From Candidatus Aenigmatarchaeota archaeon (GTDB lineage Archaea; Aenigmatarchaeota; Aenigmatarchaeia; JACPZZ01), in NCBI GenBank assembly GCA_043801595.1, contig JAZDLW010000011.1, positions 1-34,987 of the forward strand: 34,987 bases of DNA, written 5' to 3'. Numbering within the stretch: position 1 is the stretch's first letter; the number at the start of each line of letters is the position of its first letter. The notes below the pieces were generated by a model. That model worked only from the letters and a program-made list of their open reading frames with translations. It searched no databases and was not told the origin of the DNA. Of this stretch, positions 1-7,942 are shown piece after piece. The translations under genes were made by a program, and so were the position numbers.

Positions 1-81
1 GTTTTCGGCTATTTTAAGGTCAAAAGAAGCGATCATTCGCCTTATTTATTGACTTTTCGATAACAATAAAACAAGTTGGTT

Positions 82-795
82 ATGAGAGCGTACGATCTCC
101 ATGTGCACGCAAGCCCGTTTGGCGGCGAGAATTCTGCTGAAGAGGTAGTCGAATTTGCAAAAAAGCTGGGTTGGAGCGGCGTTGCCTTATGCTGTTCTCC
201 TGACAGCGAGTCGTTTGATAAACAGCTAAAAATTTTAGACAGCCTGAAAACAAGCGACTTCGACGTTGTCAAGGCGGTCGAGATAAAAGCGGAAAATTTG
301 CAGGAATTTTACAAGACGATCGACTCGGTCAGGAAAAAAGTTGAAATTATCGTTGTCAGCGGCGGCGACATCGAAGTGAACAAAGCGGCCGTAGAAACGA
401 AAGAGGTTGACGTGTTGTCGCATCCGGAACGCCAGAGGAACGATTCCGGAATTGACGCTGTAATGGCAAAGACGGCAGCCGACAACCAGGTTCACATCGA
501 GCTTAATTTTCGCGAAGTTCTGAACTCTTATCGCAAGTCACGGGTGCATGTGCTTTCGCATATGAGACAAAACCTAAAACTCTCGGGCAAATACGGATTT
601 CCAATCGCAATAACATCAGGTGCTTATTCAAAGTGGGAACTGCGCGCGCCCAGAGAGTTGGCTGCATTTGGCCTGAATCTTGGAATGCATTTGGACGCGA
701 CGTTCCAATCGCTTGCAGTCCAAAGGTTGGATATTAACCGCCAGAAATTAAGCAAGGATTGGGTTATGCCTGGGGTGACGCTGGTTGATAACTGA
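82..795 (+). CDS. rnp3: Ribonuclease P protein component 3 (Rpp30)
   Basis: PHP-like start YDLHVH; VSGGDIEVNKAAVE, VDVLSHPE, IELNF and ITSGAYSKWELRAPREL motifs typical of archaeal Rpp30; next to Pop5. ATG 82 preferred over TTG 76. Confidence 0.93.
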   Translation: MRAYDLHVHASPFGGENSAEEVVEFAKKLGWSGVALCCSPDSESFDKQLKILDSLKTSDFDVVKAVEIKAENLQEFYKTIDSVRKKVEIIVVSGGDIEVNKAAVETKEVDVLSHPERQRNDSGIDAVMAKTAADNQVHIELNFREVLNSYRKSRVHVLSHMRQNLKLSGKYGFPIAITSGAYSKWELRAPRELAAFGLNLGMHLDATFQSLAVQRLDINRQKLSKDWVMPGVTLVDN

Positions 796-1165
796 TAAGT
801 TGAAGTCGTTGAAGCCGATGATCGGCGGTAAAAAGAGATATCTCGCATTCGAAATAATGTCCGAATCTCCAGTGGAATTTTCCGATTTTGTGAACGTGTT
901 CTGGAACTCGTCCATATCCTTTATCGGCGAAATGGGATCTGCGAAAGCGTCACTGTGGATCGTAAAGGATTTCTGGGACCAGAAACAGCAGAGGGGCGTC
1001 ATAAAATGTTCGCATAAGTTTGTGGAAAGAATAAGGCTCGTAATGTCATTGATCAACCGCATAGGCGATCAGCGTGTCATAATAAACATACTCGGCGTTT
1101 CCGGAACTTTGAACTCAGCAAGGGCGAAAGTCACGAGTATGCGCGACCTTGCAAGTTACAGCTAA
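785..1165 (+). CDS. rnp2: Ribonuclease P protein component 2 (Pop5/Rpp14)
   Basis: KKRYLAFEI and ILGVSGTL motifs; conserved rnp3-rnp2-psmA neighbourhood. Start codon uncertain. Confidence 0.9.
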   Translation: MITDKLKSLKPMIGGKKRYLAFEIMSESPVEFSDFVNVFWNSSISFIGEMGSAKASLWIVKDFWDQKQQRGVIKCSHKFVERIRLVMSLINRIGDQRVIINILGVSGTLNSARAKVTSMRDLASYS

Positions 1166-1176
1166 CTTTATAGTTC

Positions 1177-1277
1177 TTTGATTAAACTTTTTCAAAGGAA
1201 ACGTATCGTTTCCTTTGCACGAAAAGCTAAAGGCTTTTCGTTGAAAGCTTCGCTTTCCGTTGTCTTAAGAAAGTTTA
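1177..1277. repeat. Structured palindromic element: TTTGAT foot, outer stem and three internal hairpins
   Basis: Outer stem TAAACTTT 1183-1190 / AAAGTTTA 1270-1277. Hairpins CAAAGGAAACG 1193-1203 / 1207-1217, ACGAAAAGC 1219-1227 / 1233-1241 and GAAAGC 1243-1248 / 1252-1257. Ends match the repeats at 19781-19834. Confidence 0.8.
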
Positions 1278-1303
1278 TACTATAAGAAATGCGAATAAAT
1301 GTT

Positions 1304-1675
1304 ATGACGATTACAAGAAAGGTCACTGGCGTAACAATGATTTTGGCAGGATTCACGTTTTTTGCCTGGTTTGTGGCACTCAATACAATATTTCCGGCAA
1401 TACCCGAGGGGCTGCAGGGAACGGCGAGTTTTTTCATGATTTTATCCGCGGTCACGGGCGTGGGTTTTTTGATTTCCGGTGGAATGACATTTTTCGGTCA
1501 CGACCAGTACACGCAGGAGACTGCAAAGAAGCAGGCTAACCAACCGGCGGCTAAGGATAAAGAAGAAAAAATCGAGAAGTCCGAGGAAGAGGAAATACAA
1601 ATTGGAGAGCCTTCCGGCGAGAAAGACAACAAAAAAGAAGGATGGCAGTCGCCAAGCAAAACAGGCTGGGGCTAA
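1304..1675 (+). CDS. Hypothetical membrane protein (2 predicted TM helices, charged C-terminal tail)
   Basis: Two hydrophobic segments, then an E/K-rich tail ending GWQSPSKTGWG. ATG 1304 lies 25 nt after TTTATA (1274-1279); the ORF track start is 1289. Confidence 0.7.
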   Translation: MTITRKVTGVTMILAGFTFFAWFVALNTIFPAIPEGLQGTASFFMILSAVTGVGFLISGGMTFFGHDQYTQETAKKQANQPAAKDKEEKIEKSEEEEIQIGEPSGEKDNKKEGWQSPSKTGWG

Positions 1676-1747
1676 CGTATTTAAGCCATGAACAAGGTTA
1701 ATAATAAGTTCGTTAAACTTTATCGCTAACAACGTTTGGGTGATGTT

Positions 1748-2458
1748 ATGGAATTGACTCCGGAATACATGGGATATGACCGTACTATTGTTGTTTTCTC
1801 GCCTGATGGCAGGCTTTTTCAGGTAGAGTATGCACGCGAAGCGATCAAGCGTGGAGCAACGGTTGTCGGCGTGAAAACTAAAGATTCAATTGTCTTTGCA
1901 GCGTACAAAGTTTCTTCGGAGTTATCTGTTCCGGAATCGCTTGAAAAAATTTATCTTGTTGACGATCACCTCGCAGCCGCAGCTTCAGGTTTGTTAGCCG
2001 ATGCCCGCGTTCTTGTTGGTATGGCGCGCAATCGCGCACAAGTTAACAAAGTAACCTATGAAGAGCCCATAGAAGTCCCGACAATAGTACGTTTCATAGC
2101 GGACAAGATCCACATTTCAACATTGTACGCAGGCATGAGGCCTTACGGCATAGGTTTGCTTATTGGCGGCATCGATTCCAACGGTCCGAAATTATTCGAA
2201 GCCGACCCGTCCGGCACAGCAATAGAATGGAAAGCCCATGTTATCGGGCGCGGCGCTGCGGTTGCCGAAAAAGTATTGAGTCACAAGTACGACGACAAGA
2301 TGAAAACCGAAGACGCAGTCAAGCTTGCGATCGAAGCGATACAGAAATCCGAGAAAGACGTTACACCGCAAAGCTTGGAGATTCTTGTTCTCGAAGGCGC
2401 AGCCGACAAAGTCGTCCAGCGGCATCTCACGACAAACGAAATAAAGAAACACATGTGA
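1748..2458 (+). CDS. psmA: Proteasome subunit alpha
   Basis: GYDRTIVVFSPDGRLFQVEYAREA signature, RPYGIGLLIGG, EADPSG; GGTGAT SD-like sequence before ATG 1748. Confidence 0.97.
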   Translation: MELTPEYMGYDRTIVVFSPDGRLFQVEYAREAIKRGATVVGVKTKDSIVFAAYKVSSELSVPESLEKIYLVDDHLAAAASGLLADARVLVGMARNRAQVNKVTYEEPIEVPTIVRFIADKIHISTLYAGMRPYGIGLLIGGIDSNGPKLFEADPSGTAIEWKAHVIGRGAAVAEKVLSHKYDDKMKTEDAVKLAIEAIQKSEKDVTPQSLEILVLEGAADKVVQRHLTTNEIKKHM

Positions 2459-2540
2459 ACTTGATCTAACTATTTATTTTAAATTCTAGCCGAACGGCTT
2501 GTAAATAATATTATTCGGTCTCGGGGGTTTAATCCGGAAT

Positions 2541-3791
2541 CTATGTTCCCTCTGACCAGCTTGAAGCGTATTTTTCCTGCTCTTTCGTAATGTCATCTAT
2601 CCTTATTCCCATGGAATCCAGTTGCAGTCGCGCAACCATACTGTCCAGGCTTGCCGGCAATGTGTGTATTTTCGGTTCAAGTTTTCCCTTGTTTTTCAAA
2701 CCGTATTCAACCGCAAGAGCCTGGTTCATGAACGACAGCGCCATTATTGTCGAAGGATGCCCTTCCGCTGCTGCCAGATTTACAAGGCGCCCTTCCGCGC
2801 ACAAATACACCCTGTTCTTGTTCGGAAGCGTGTATTCCTGCAAGTCTCTGCGTATCGATCTTGTGTTTGTCGAGATTTTTTTCAAGCCCTCGACATCGAT
2901 TTCAACATCAAAGTGTCCCGAGTTTGCGAGTATGGCGCCGTCTTTCATCGCCTTTATGCTTTCAACAGGTATTGTGTGCTTGTTTCCGGTGACGGTTGAA
3001 AAAACGTCGCCGATTTTCGACGCTTCCGCCATGGGCATTACGCGATAACCGTCCATCACTGCCTGCAATGCTTTGAACGGGTCGACTTCTACGACAATGA
3101 CATTCGAACCCATGCCTTTTGCGCGCAATGCTACGCCTTTTCCGCACGGACCGTATCCGACAACGACGAAATTTTTACCTGCGAGCAGTATGCTCGTCGC
3201 GCGCAGTATCCCATCGATCGTGGACTGCCCTGTACCTATGTAGTTGTCCATCAGGTGTTTTGTGTTCGAGTCGTTGACAGCAATAACCGGATATTTCAAA
3301 GCACCGTCCCTTTCCATTGCGCGCAGTCTGTTGACACCGGTCGTTGTTTCTTCTGTTCCAACAATAAGAGTTTTCAGCAGGTCTTTGCGTTTTGTGTGTA
3401 TCAGCGTGATCAGATCGCAGCCGTCGTCGATCGTTACGTCCGGCTTTGTATCGAGCACGCTGTTCAAATTTTCATAATAATCCTTGACATTCTGGTTTTT
3501 CCATGCAAAAACATCGACGCCTTCCGCTGCAAGCGCTGCGGCAACATCGTCCTGCGTGCTTAACGGATTGCAGCCTGCTATCGCGACCTTCGCCCCGCCC
3601 GCGACGAGCGTACGTACGAGCGCGGCCGTTTCTTTCGTAACATGAAGCGCCATGCCTATTCTGATGTTCTTGAACGGTTTTTCCTTCGAAAACCTTTCGC
3701 GGATTTTCAGCAATCCGCCCATCTGCATTTCCGCCCATTCGATCTGTTTCCTGCCTTCTTCAGCCAGTTTCGGGTCTTTTATTCTTGACAT
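2541..3791 (-). CDS. ahcY: Adenosylhomocysteinase (SAH hydrolase)
   Basis: [41 protein letters not shown] and [13 protein letters not shown] motifs. Confidence 0.97.
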   Translation of the reverse strand: MSRIKDPKLAEEGRKQIEWAEMQMGGLLKIRERFSKEKPFKNIRIGMALHVTKETAALVRTLVAGGAKVAIAGCNPLSTQDDVAAALAAEGVDVFAWKNQNVKDYYENLNSVLDTKPDVTIDDGCDLITLIHTKRKDLLKTLIVGTEETTTGVNRLRAMERDGALKYPVIAVNDSNTKHLMDNYIGTGQSTIDGILRATSILLAGKNFVVVGYGPCGKGVALRAKGMGSNVIVVEVDPFKALQAVMDGYRVMPMAEASKIGDVFSTVTGNKHTIPVESIKAMKDGAILANSGHFDVEIDVEGLKKISTNTRSIRRDLQEYTLPNKNRVYLCAEGRLVNLAAAEGHPSTIMALSFMNQALAVEYGLKNKGKLEPKIHTLPASLDSMVARLQLDSMGIRIDDITKEQEKYASSWSEGT

Positions 3792-3853
3792 TTCACTAAA
3801 TTTTATATTTCGGAATACTTAAATTGACAACTTGAATTTAGAATAGTGTTCGT

Positions 3854-4903
3854 ATGCTCGTCAACGGTAAAGATTACAGATCCGTATGGTTCGAGAACAA
3901 TAAAACATTCTTCGTTGATCAAAAAAAGATACCGTTTAACTTTGAAATAGTGTCCTCGTCCGATTTCGCCGAAACCGCTTCGTTTATCCGCGATATGACT
4001 GTTCGTGGGGCAACGGCCATCGGAGCAGCGGGTGCATTTGGCATGGCGCAAGCCGCAATTGAGGCTGAAGAGAAGAAGGATTTTCATATACTCGAACTGG
4101 CGCGCGATCGCCTGGTCGCAGCCCGCCCTACTGCTGTTGATCTTAAAAACTGCGTGGAGCGCGTTTACAATAAATCAGTTGTCGGTAAAGATGAAGCAAT
4201 ACACGAGGCGAATAAGATTTCCGAGGAAATAGTGTCGCAGTGCACAGCGCTTTCGAATCACGGCAATGATCTGATAAAGGATCATTTCAAGATCGCGACC
4301 CATTGCAATACAGGTTGGCTCGCCGCTGTCGACGTCGGAACAGCGCTGGGCGTCGTATTCGCTGCGAACAAAAGCGGGAAAAACGTTTTCGTTTTCGTGG
4401 ACGAGACAAGGCCGAGGAACCAGGGTTCGCGATTAACAGCCTGGGAACTATCGAACGAGGGAATAAATCACGCGGTTATTGCAGATAACGCGCTCGCATA
4501 TTACATGCAGAAAGGCGAGGTTGACATAATGATCGTCGGAACAGATCGTGTTTTATTGAACGGCGATATTGCAAACAAGATAGGTACGCTGGAAAAGGCG
4601 ATAATCGCGAAGGAGTTCGGCGTTCCTTTCTATGTGGCTGCGCCGATAACGACATTTGACAGGGAGCACGACAGCGTTGGCTCTATAACAATAGAAGAAA
4701 GGAGCGCGGATGAAGTTCTTTACCAGTACGGCCAGTGCGACGACGGCAAGATCGGTCGCGTAAGAGTTGCGTCGCCCGGATCTGACGCGAAAAATCCCGC
4801 ATTCGATATAACGCCGGCAAAATACATAACAGGTCTTATAACGCCGCACGGAATAATAAAACCCGAGAAATCGGAAATTTTAAAACTGATTAAAACGCGC
4901 TGA
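3854..4903 (+). CDS. mtnA: S-methyl-5-thioribose-1-phosphate isomerase
   Basis: VRGATAIG, ARPTAVDL, THCNTGWLA, DETRPRNQGSRLTAWEL, ANKIGT and NPAFDITP motifs. Confidence 0.95.
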   Translation: MLVNGKDYRSVWFENNKTFFVDQKKIPFNFEIVSSSDFAETASFIRDMTVRGATAIGAAGAFGMAQAAIEAEEKKDFHILELARDRLVAARPTAVDLKNCVERVYNKSVVGKDEAIHEANKISEEIVSQCTALSNHGNDLIKDHFKIATHCNTGWLAAVDVGTALGVVFAANKSGKNVFVFVDETRPRNQGSRLTAWELSNEGINHAVIADNALAYYMQKGEVDIMIVGTDRVLLNGDIANKIGTLEKAIIAKEFGVPFYVAAPITTFDREHDSVGSITIEERSADEVLYQYGQCDDGKIGRVRVASPGSDAKNPAFDITPAKYITGLITPHGIIKPEKSEILKLIKTR

Positions 4904-5873
4904 GGTATTTTTCAGCCAGTCTAAGGTATTTTTCTGCAACCGGTTTAGCTCCCCGGTCGTTTGTTTTAACGCTTTTTTCCAGCTCAACCTCGCCCCTTAC
5001 GAGAGCCCAGTAGAACATGTAGATCGGTAGCAATTTTCTGGCACTTTGGTCGTTGTTAATCTTGACATACTCGTCGGTGTATAGTTTTGAAAACTTTTCC
5101 AATCCGTTGAATTCCAGATCCATTGCCAGCGCAGCGATCTCGTACGCGATGTCTTGGACGCGAAACTCGTCGTTAAACTCGATTGCATCGAACAACGATA
5201 TGTTTGTTCCGTCGATGAAAAAGTTCCTCGAGTGCGCATCGCCGTGCAGGTCGCGCACGAACCCGTTCGCGGTGCGTTCAAGAAACAGCGTCCTGTTGTT
5301 TTTGATGAAATCGTTGAATTTTTTCCTTGCGGTTTCATAATTTTTTCCAAGCCCGCCGAGCGTATCGAACGTGGCGTTGGCGTGTTTTTTAAGCGATTCG
5401 GCGTAGCGCGTCACGAGATCCGCCGGAATTCGCGAGCTTTTGAAAAAGTCCGCCATGAACGCCGCGGTTCTTTTTACGGTCGTTTCGGTCATCTCGCCGC
5501 GTTTTATTATTTCTGAAAGCAGGTATCTCTGGTTCATCTGCTTCATTTTTACGGCATGCTCCACAAGCTCGCCTGCTCCGTATCCAACGTGTATCTCGCC
5601 GTCCTCGCCTTTCACGATGTCCACGACATCGAGGTACATGTCCGGATTTAATCGCTTGTTCACGATCAGTTCCTTGTCGCACATGGCTTTGCGGTTGGCA
5701 AGCGTTGAATAATCAAGTATTCCGCCAAACGCGATGGGTTTCTTTACCTTGTATGCAAAATGACCTGTAAGAAAAACCCAGGATATGTGCGTCTCTTTTA
5801 CTTCTATTGTGCTCGTGGTATGCGGGTACGATTCCGGATTCGTCATCGCTTTTACGAGTTCCTTAGCTTCCAT
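4890..5873 (-). CDS. APH/choline-kinase-like phosphotransferase (COG2187 family)
   Basis: ETHISWVFLTG..AYKVKKP, HGDAHSRN (Brenner-type motif), DAIEFNDEFR..D...EIAALAMDL. Confidence 0.85.
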   Translation of the reverse strand: MEAKELVKAMTNPESYPHTTSTIEVKETHISWVFLTGHFAYKVKKPIAFGGILDYSTLANRKAMCDKELIVNKRLNPDMYLDVVDIVKGEDGEIHVGYGAGELVEHAVKMKQMNQRYLLSEIIKRGEMTETTVKRTAAFMADFFKSSRIPADLVTRYAESLKKHANATFDTLGGLGKNYETARKKFNDFIKNNRTLFLERTANGFVRDLHGDAHSRNFFIDGTNISLFDAIEFNDEFRVQDIAYEIAALAMDLEFNGLEKFSKLYTDEYVKINNDQSARKLLPIYMFYWALVRGEVELEKSVKTNDRGAKPVAEKYLRLAEKYLSAF

Positions 5874-6360
5874 TTTGCATCTCCTTTAGAATTTTGTTTA
5901 CGATTTCATCCGTATCGTTTTCCGTATCAACGATTATATGATTTTCTTTTATCGGTTCAAATATCTTTTTTACAGCCTTGTACGCCTCGAAATCGGCTTC
6001 CGATTCATCGCCTTTCCTTGACATGATGCGGTTTTTTATCATATTTTGCGGGGACACGCACTCGACAATTAAAAATCCGGTTTTGTTCTTTTCCGCTATT
6101 TTTTTTGCTTCTTCGCGCAGCGATTTTTTGTAGAATGTGGCGTCCAATATGCAGTCGAATCCGTCGCGCGATTTCCCGTCTGCAAGTTTAAACATCGTTT
6201 TGTAAACCGTTTCTTTGTCCTTTTCTGAATACTTTGCCTTTTTCTCCGGTTCTTTGCGTATTACGTCAGTTCTCAGTATATGCGCTCCCATGCGGGCCGC
6301 CAGCGCCTTCGCAATCGTTGTTTTTCCTGTTCCTGGCAGTCCGCATACCAGAATTATCAT
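5863..6360 (-). CDS. P-loop kinase, AAA_33/COG0645 family
   Basis: GLPGTGKTT Walker A, RTDVIRK, LDATFY, SEAD; overlaps the COG2187 gene by 11 bp. Confidence 0.85.
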   Translation of the reverse strand: MIILVCGLPGTGKTTIAKALAARMGAHILRTDVIRKEPEKKAKYSEKDKETVYKTMFKLADGKSRDGFDCILDATFYKKSLREEAKKIAEKNKTGFLIVECVSPQNMIKNRIMSRKGDESEADFEAYKAVKKIFEPIKENHIIVDTENDTDEIVNKILKEMQNGS

Positions 6361-6392
6361 GAATATATAAACGTCGGTATTCTTCTTATACT

Positions 6393-7070
6393 ATGAAATT
6401 GGCTGCGCTCGTATCGGGCGGGAAGGATTCTTTATACGCGATATACCTTGCAAAAAAGCAGGGCCACAGCGTGGAATGCATACTTTTAATGATTCCAGAA
6501 ACCAACGAATCCTGGATGTTTCACCATCCCAATGCATGGATCGTAAAACTGCACGCGGAATCGATGGGCGTTAAAATTCTGACAGCCTTCACAAAGGGCG
6601 AGAAGGAGAAAGAACTGGAAGATCTGAAAGCGTTGATATCAAAGGCGAGAAGCGGTGTTGATGGTATAGTGTCCGGCGCGGTCGCATCGCGATATCAATC
6701 AGACCGATTGAAAAACATATGCGATGAATTCGGTTTGGAAATAATCTCGCCGTTATGGGGCCGTGACCTTAACACATATTGGGAAGAATTGCTTGACAAC
6801 GGTTTCGAAATAATAATCACGTCCGTTTCAGCGCAGGGGCTCGGAAAAGAATGGCTCGGCAGAAGTATGGATAAAAAAGCAACCGAAGAGCTTAAAACGA
6901 TTGCGAAAAAGAACAAAATGAACCTTGCGGGCGAAGGCGGCGAGTTTGAGACGCTTGTGTTAAACTGCCCGCTGTTCAAAAAAAGAATAAAAATATCGAA
7001 ATCGGAAACAAAGTGGGACAGCAAAATGCAGACCGGACAATTTCTAATAACGGAAGCGACGCTCGAGTAA
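6393..7070 (+). CDS. dph6: Diphthine--ammonia ligase (Dph6 family PP-loop ATPase)
   Basis: SGGKDS PP-loop, SWMFH, GAVASRYQ, PLW, GEGGEFET. Confidence 0.9.
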   Translation: MKLAALVSGGKDSLYAIYLAKKQGHSVECILLMIPETNESWMFHHPNAWIVKLHAESMGVKILTAFTKGEKEKELEDLKALISKARSGVDGIVSGAVASRYQSDRLKNICDEFGLEIISPLWGRDLNTYWEELLDNGFEIIITSVSAQGLGKEWLGRSMDKKATEELKTIAKKNKMNLAGEGGEFETLVLNCPLFKKRIKISKSETKWDSKMQTGQFLITEATLE

Positions 7071-7149
7071 AATTTTAATTTTTGTTTTGCGACACTGTTT
7101 CGTCCGTGGCTATTTATCAAACAGTTTGACAGCTTAACGGGTTTTCAGG

Positions 7150-7941
7150 CTACACGAACGCGCCTTTCGTCGCTTCGCTGCACTTGCAGTTCCGTTTTTC
7201 CGGTATTCTAGCCAAAACTTCTTTCACTAATTCTTTTGTTTTTGCCGAATTTTCATGCAAAATTTTTATCACATCTTCAACGTTCACGGGCTTTTCTGAA
7301 AACGTGTCGTAATCCGTGACAGTTGCTATGCACGCATAACACATTTCGGCCTCTCTTGCCAAGACGCATTCAGGCACGACAGTCATGTTGATTATGTCTC
7401 CGCCCATACTCTTGTAATATTTCGACTCGGCTTTCGTGGAAAATCGCGGGCCTTGCACAACAACAACCGTTCCATTTTCATGCATAGCGTAGTTTTTGTG
7501 CTTGCCCGCATCGAAGATTATTTTCGATAATTCGGGGCAGAATGGCTCCGCAACGGAAATGTGCGCCACTTTGTTATCGTCGAAAAATGTGGAATTCCTT
7601 CCGTGCGTTCTGTCAATAAACTGATCCGGTATTAGGAAATCGCCTGGTTTGATATTTTCTTGCAGGCTGCCCACTGCCGCCGCCGCAATTATCCGTTTGA
7701 CGCCCAGCTGTTTCAACGCCCAGATATTGGCTCTGAAGTTGAGTTTGTGCGGCGGTATCGAATGTTTTTTTCCATGTCTTGGCAGGAATGCTATTTTCAC
7801 ACCGTTAAACTCGCCTACGGTTATCAGATCGCTCGGTTTTCCATAAGGTGTTTCGACGTTTAATTCACGCATGCCTTTGAGCATTTCAATGTCATAGACA
7901 CCCGTTCCTCCGATAATAGCGATATCCGCGGTCTCGTTCAT
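7150..7941 (-). CDS. mtnP: S-methyl-5'-thioadenosine phosphorylase
   Basis: IIGGTG, PRHGKKH, NFRANIWAL, GPRFSTKAES, MT..PE..LAREAE; TDYD (Asp, 6-aminopurine type). Confidence 0.93.
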   Translation of the reverse strand: MNETADIAIIGGTGVYDIEMLKGMRELNVETPYGKPSDLITVGEFNGVKIAFLPRHGKKHSIPPHKLNFRANIWALKQLGVKRIIAAAAVGSLQENIKPGDFLIPDQFIDRTHGRNSTFFDDNKVAHISVAEPFCPELSKIIFDAGKHKNYAMHENGTVVVVQGPRFSTKAESKYYKSMGGDIINMTVVPECVLAREAEMCYACIATVTDYDTFSEKPVNVEDVIKILHENSAKTKELVKEVLARIPEKRNCKCSEATKGAFV

Positions 7942-7942
7942 G

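Noticed and set aside
1..63. 3' end of an upstream gene
   Set aside because: Too short to assign a frame or product.
1183..1277. Cloverleaf-like fold as a tRNA
   Set aside because: No TTC-GA T-loop context, D-loop GG or 7-nt anticodon loop; stem lengths are wrong.
2460..2488. Degenerate copy of the TTTGAT palindromic repeat
   Set aside because: The TTGAT foot is present but the arms do not pair.
2488..2499. AGCCGAACGG shared with the intergenic region near 9637
   Set aside because: Only a 10-bp match and only one copy forms a hairpin; could be chance.
3854..4903. Ribose-1,5-bisphosphate isomerase or eIF2B subunit
   Set aside because: VRGA, RPTAV, HCNTGWLA and QGSRLTAWEL motifs plus the nearby mtnP favour MtnA.
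7117..7129. TCAAACAGTTTGA palindrome between convergent dph6 and mtnP
   Set aside because: A single 6-bp-arm palindrome, too weak to call a terminator or binding site.
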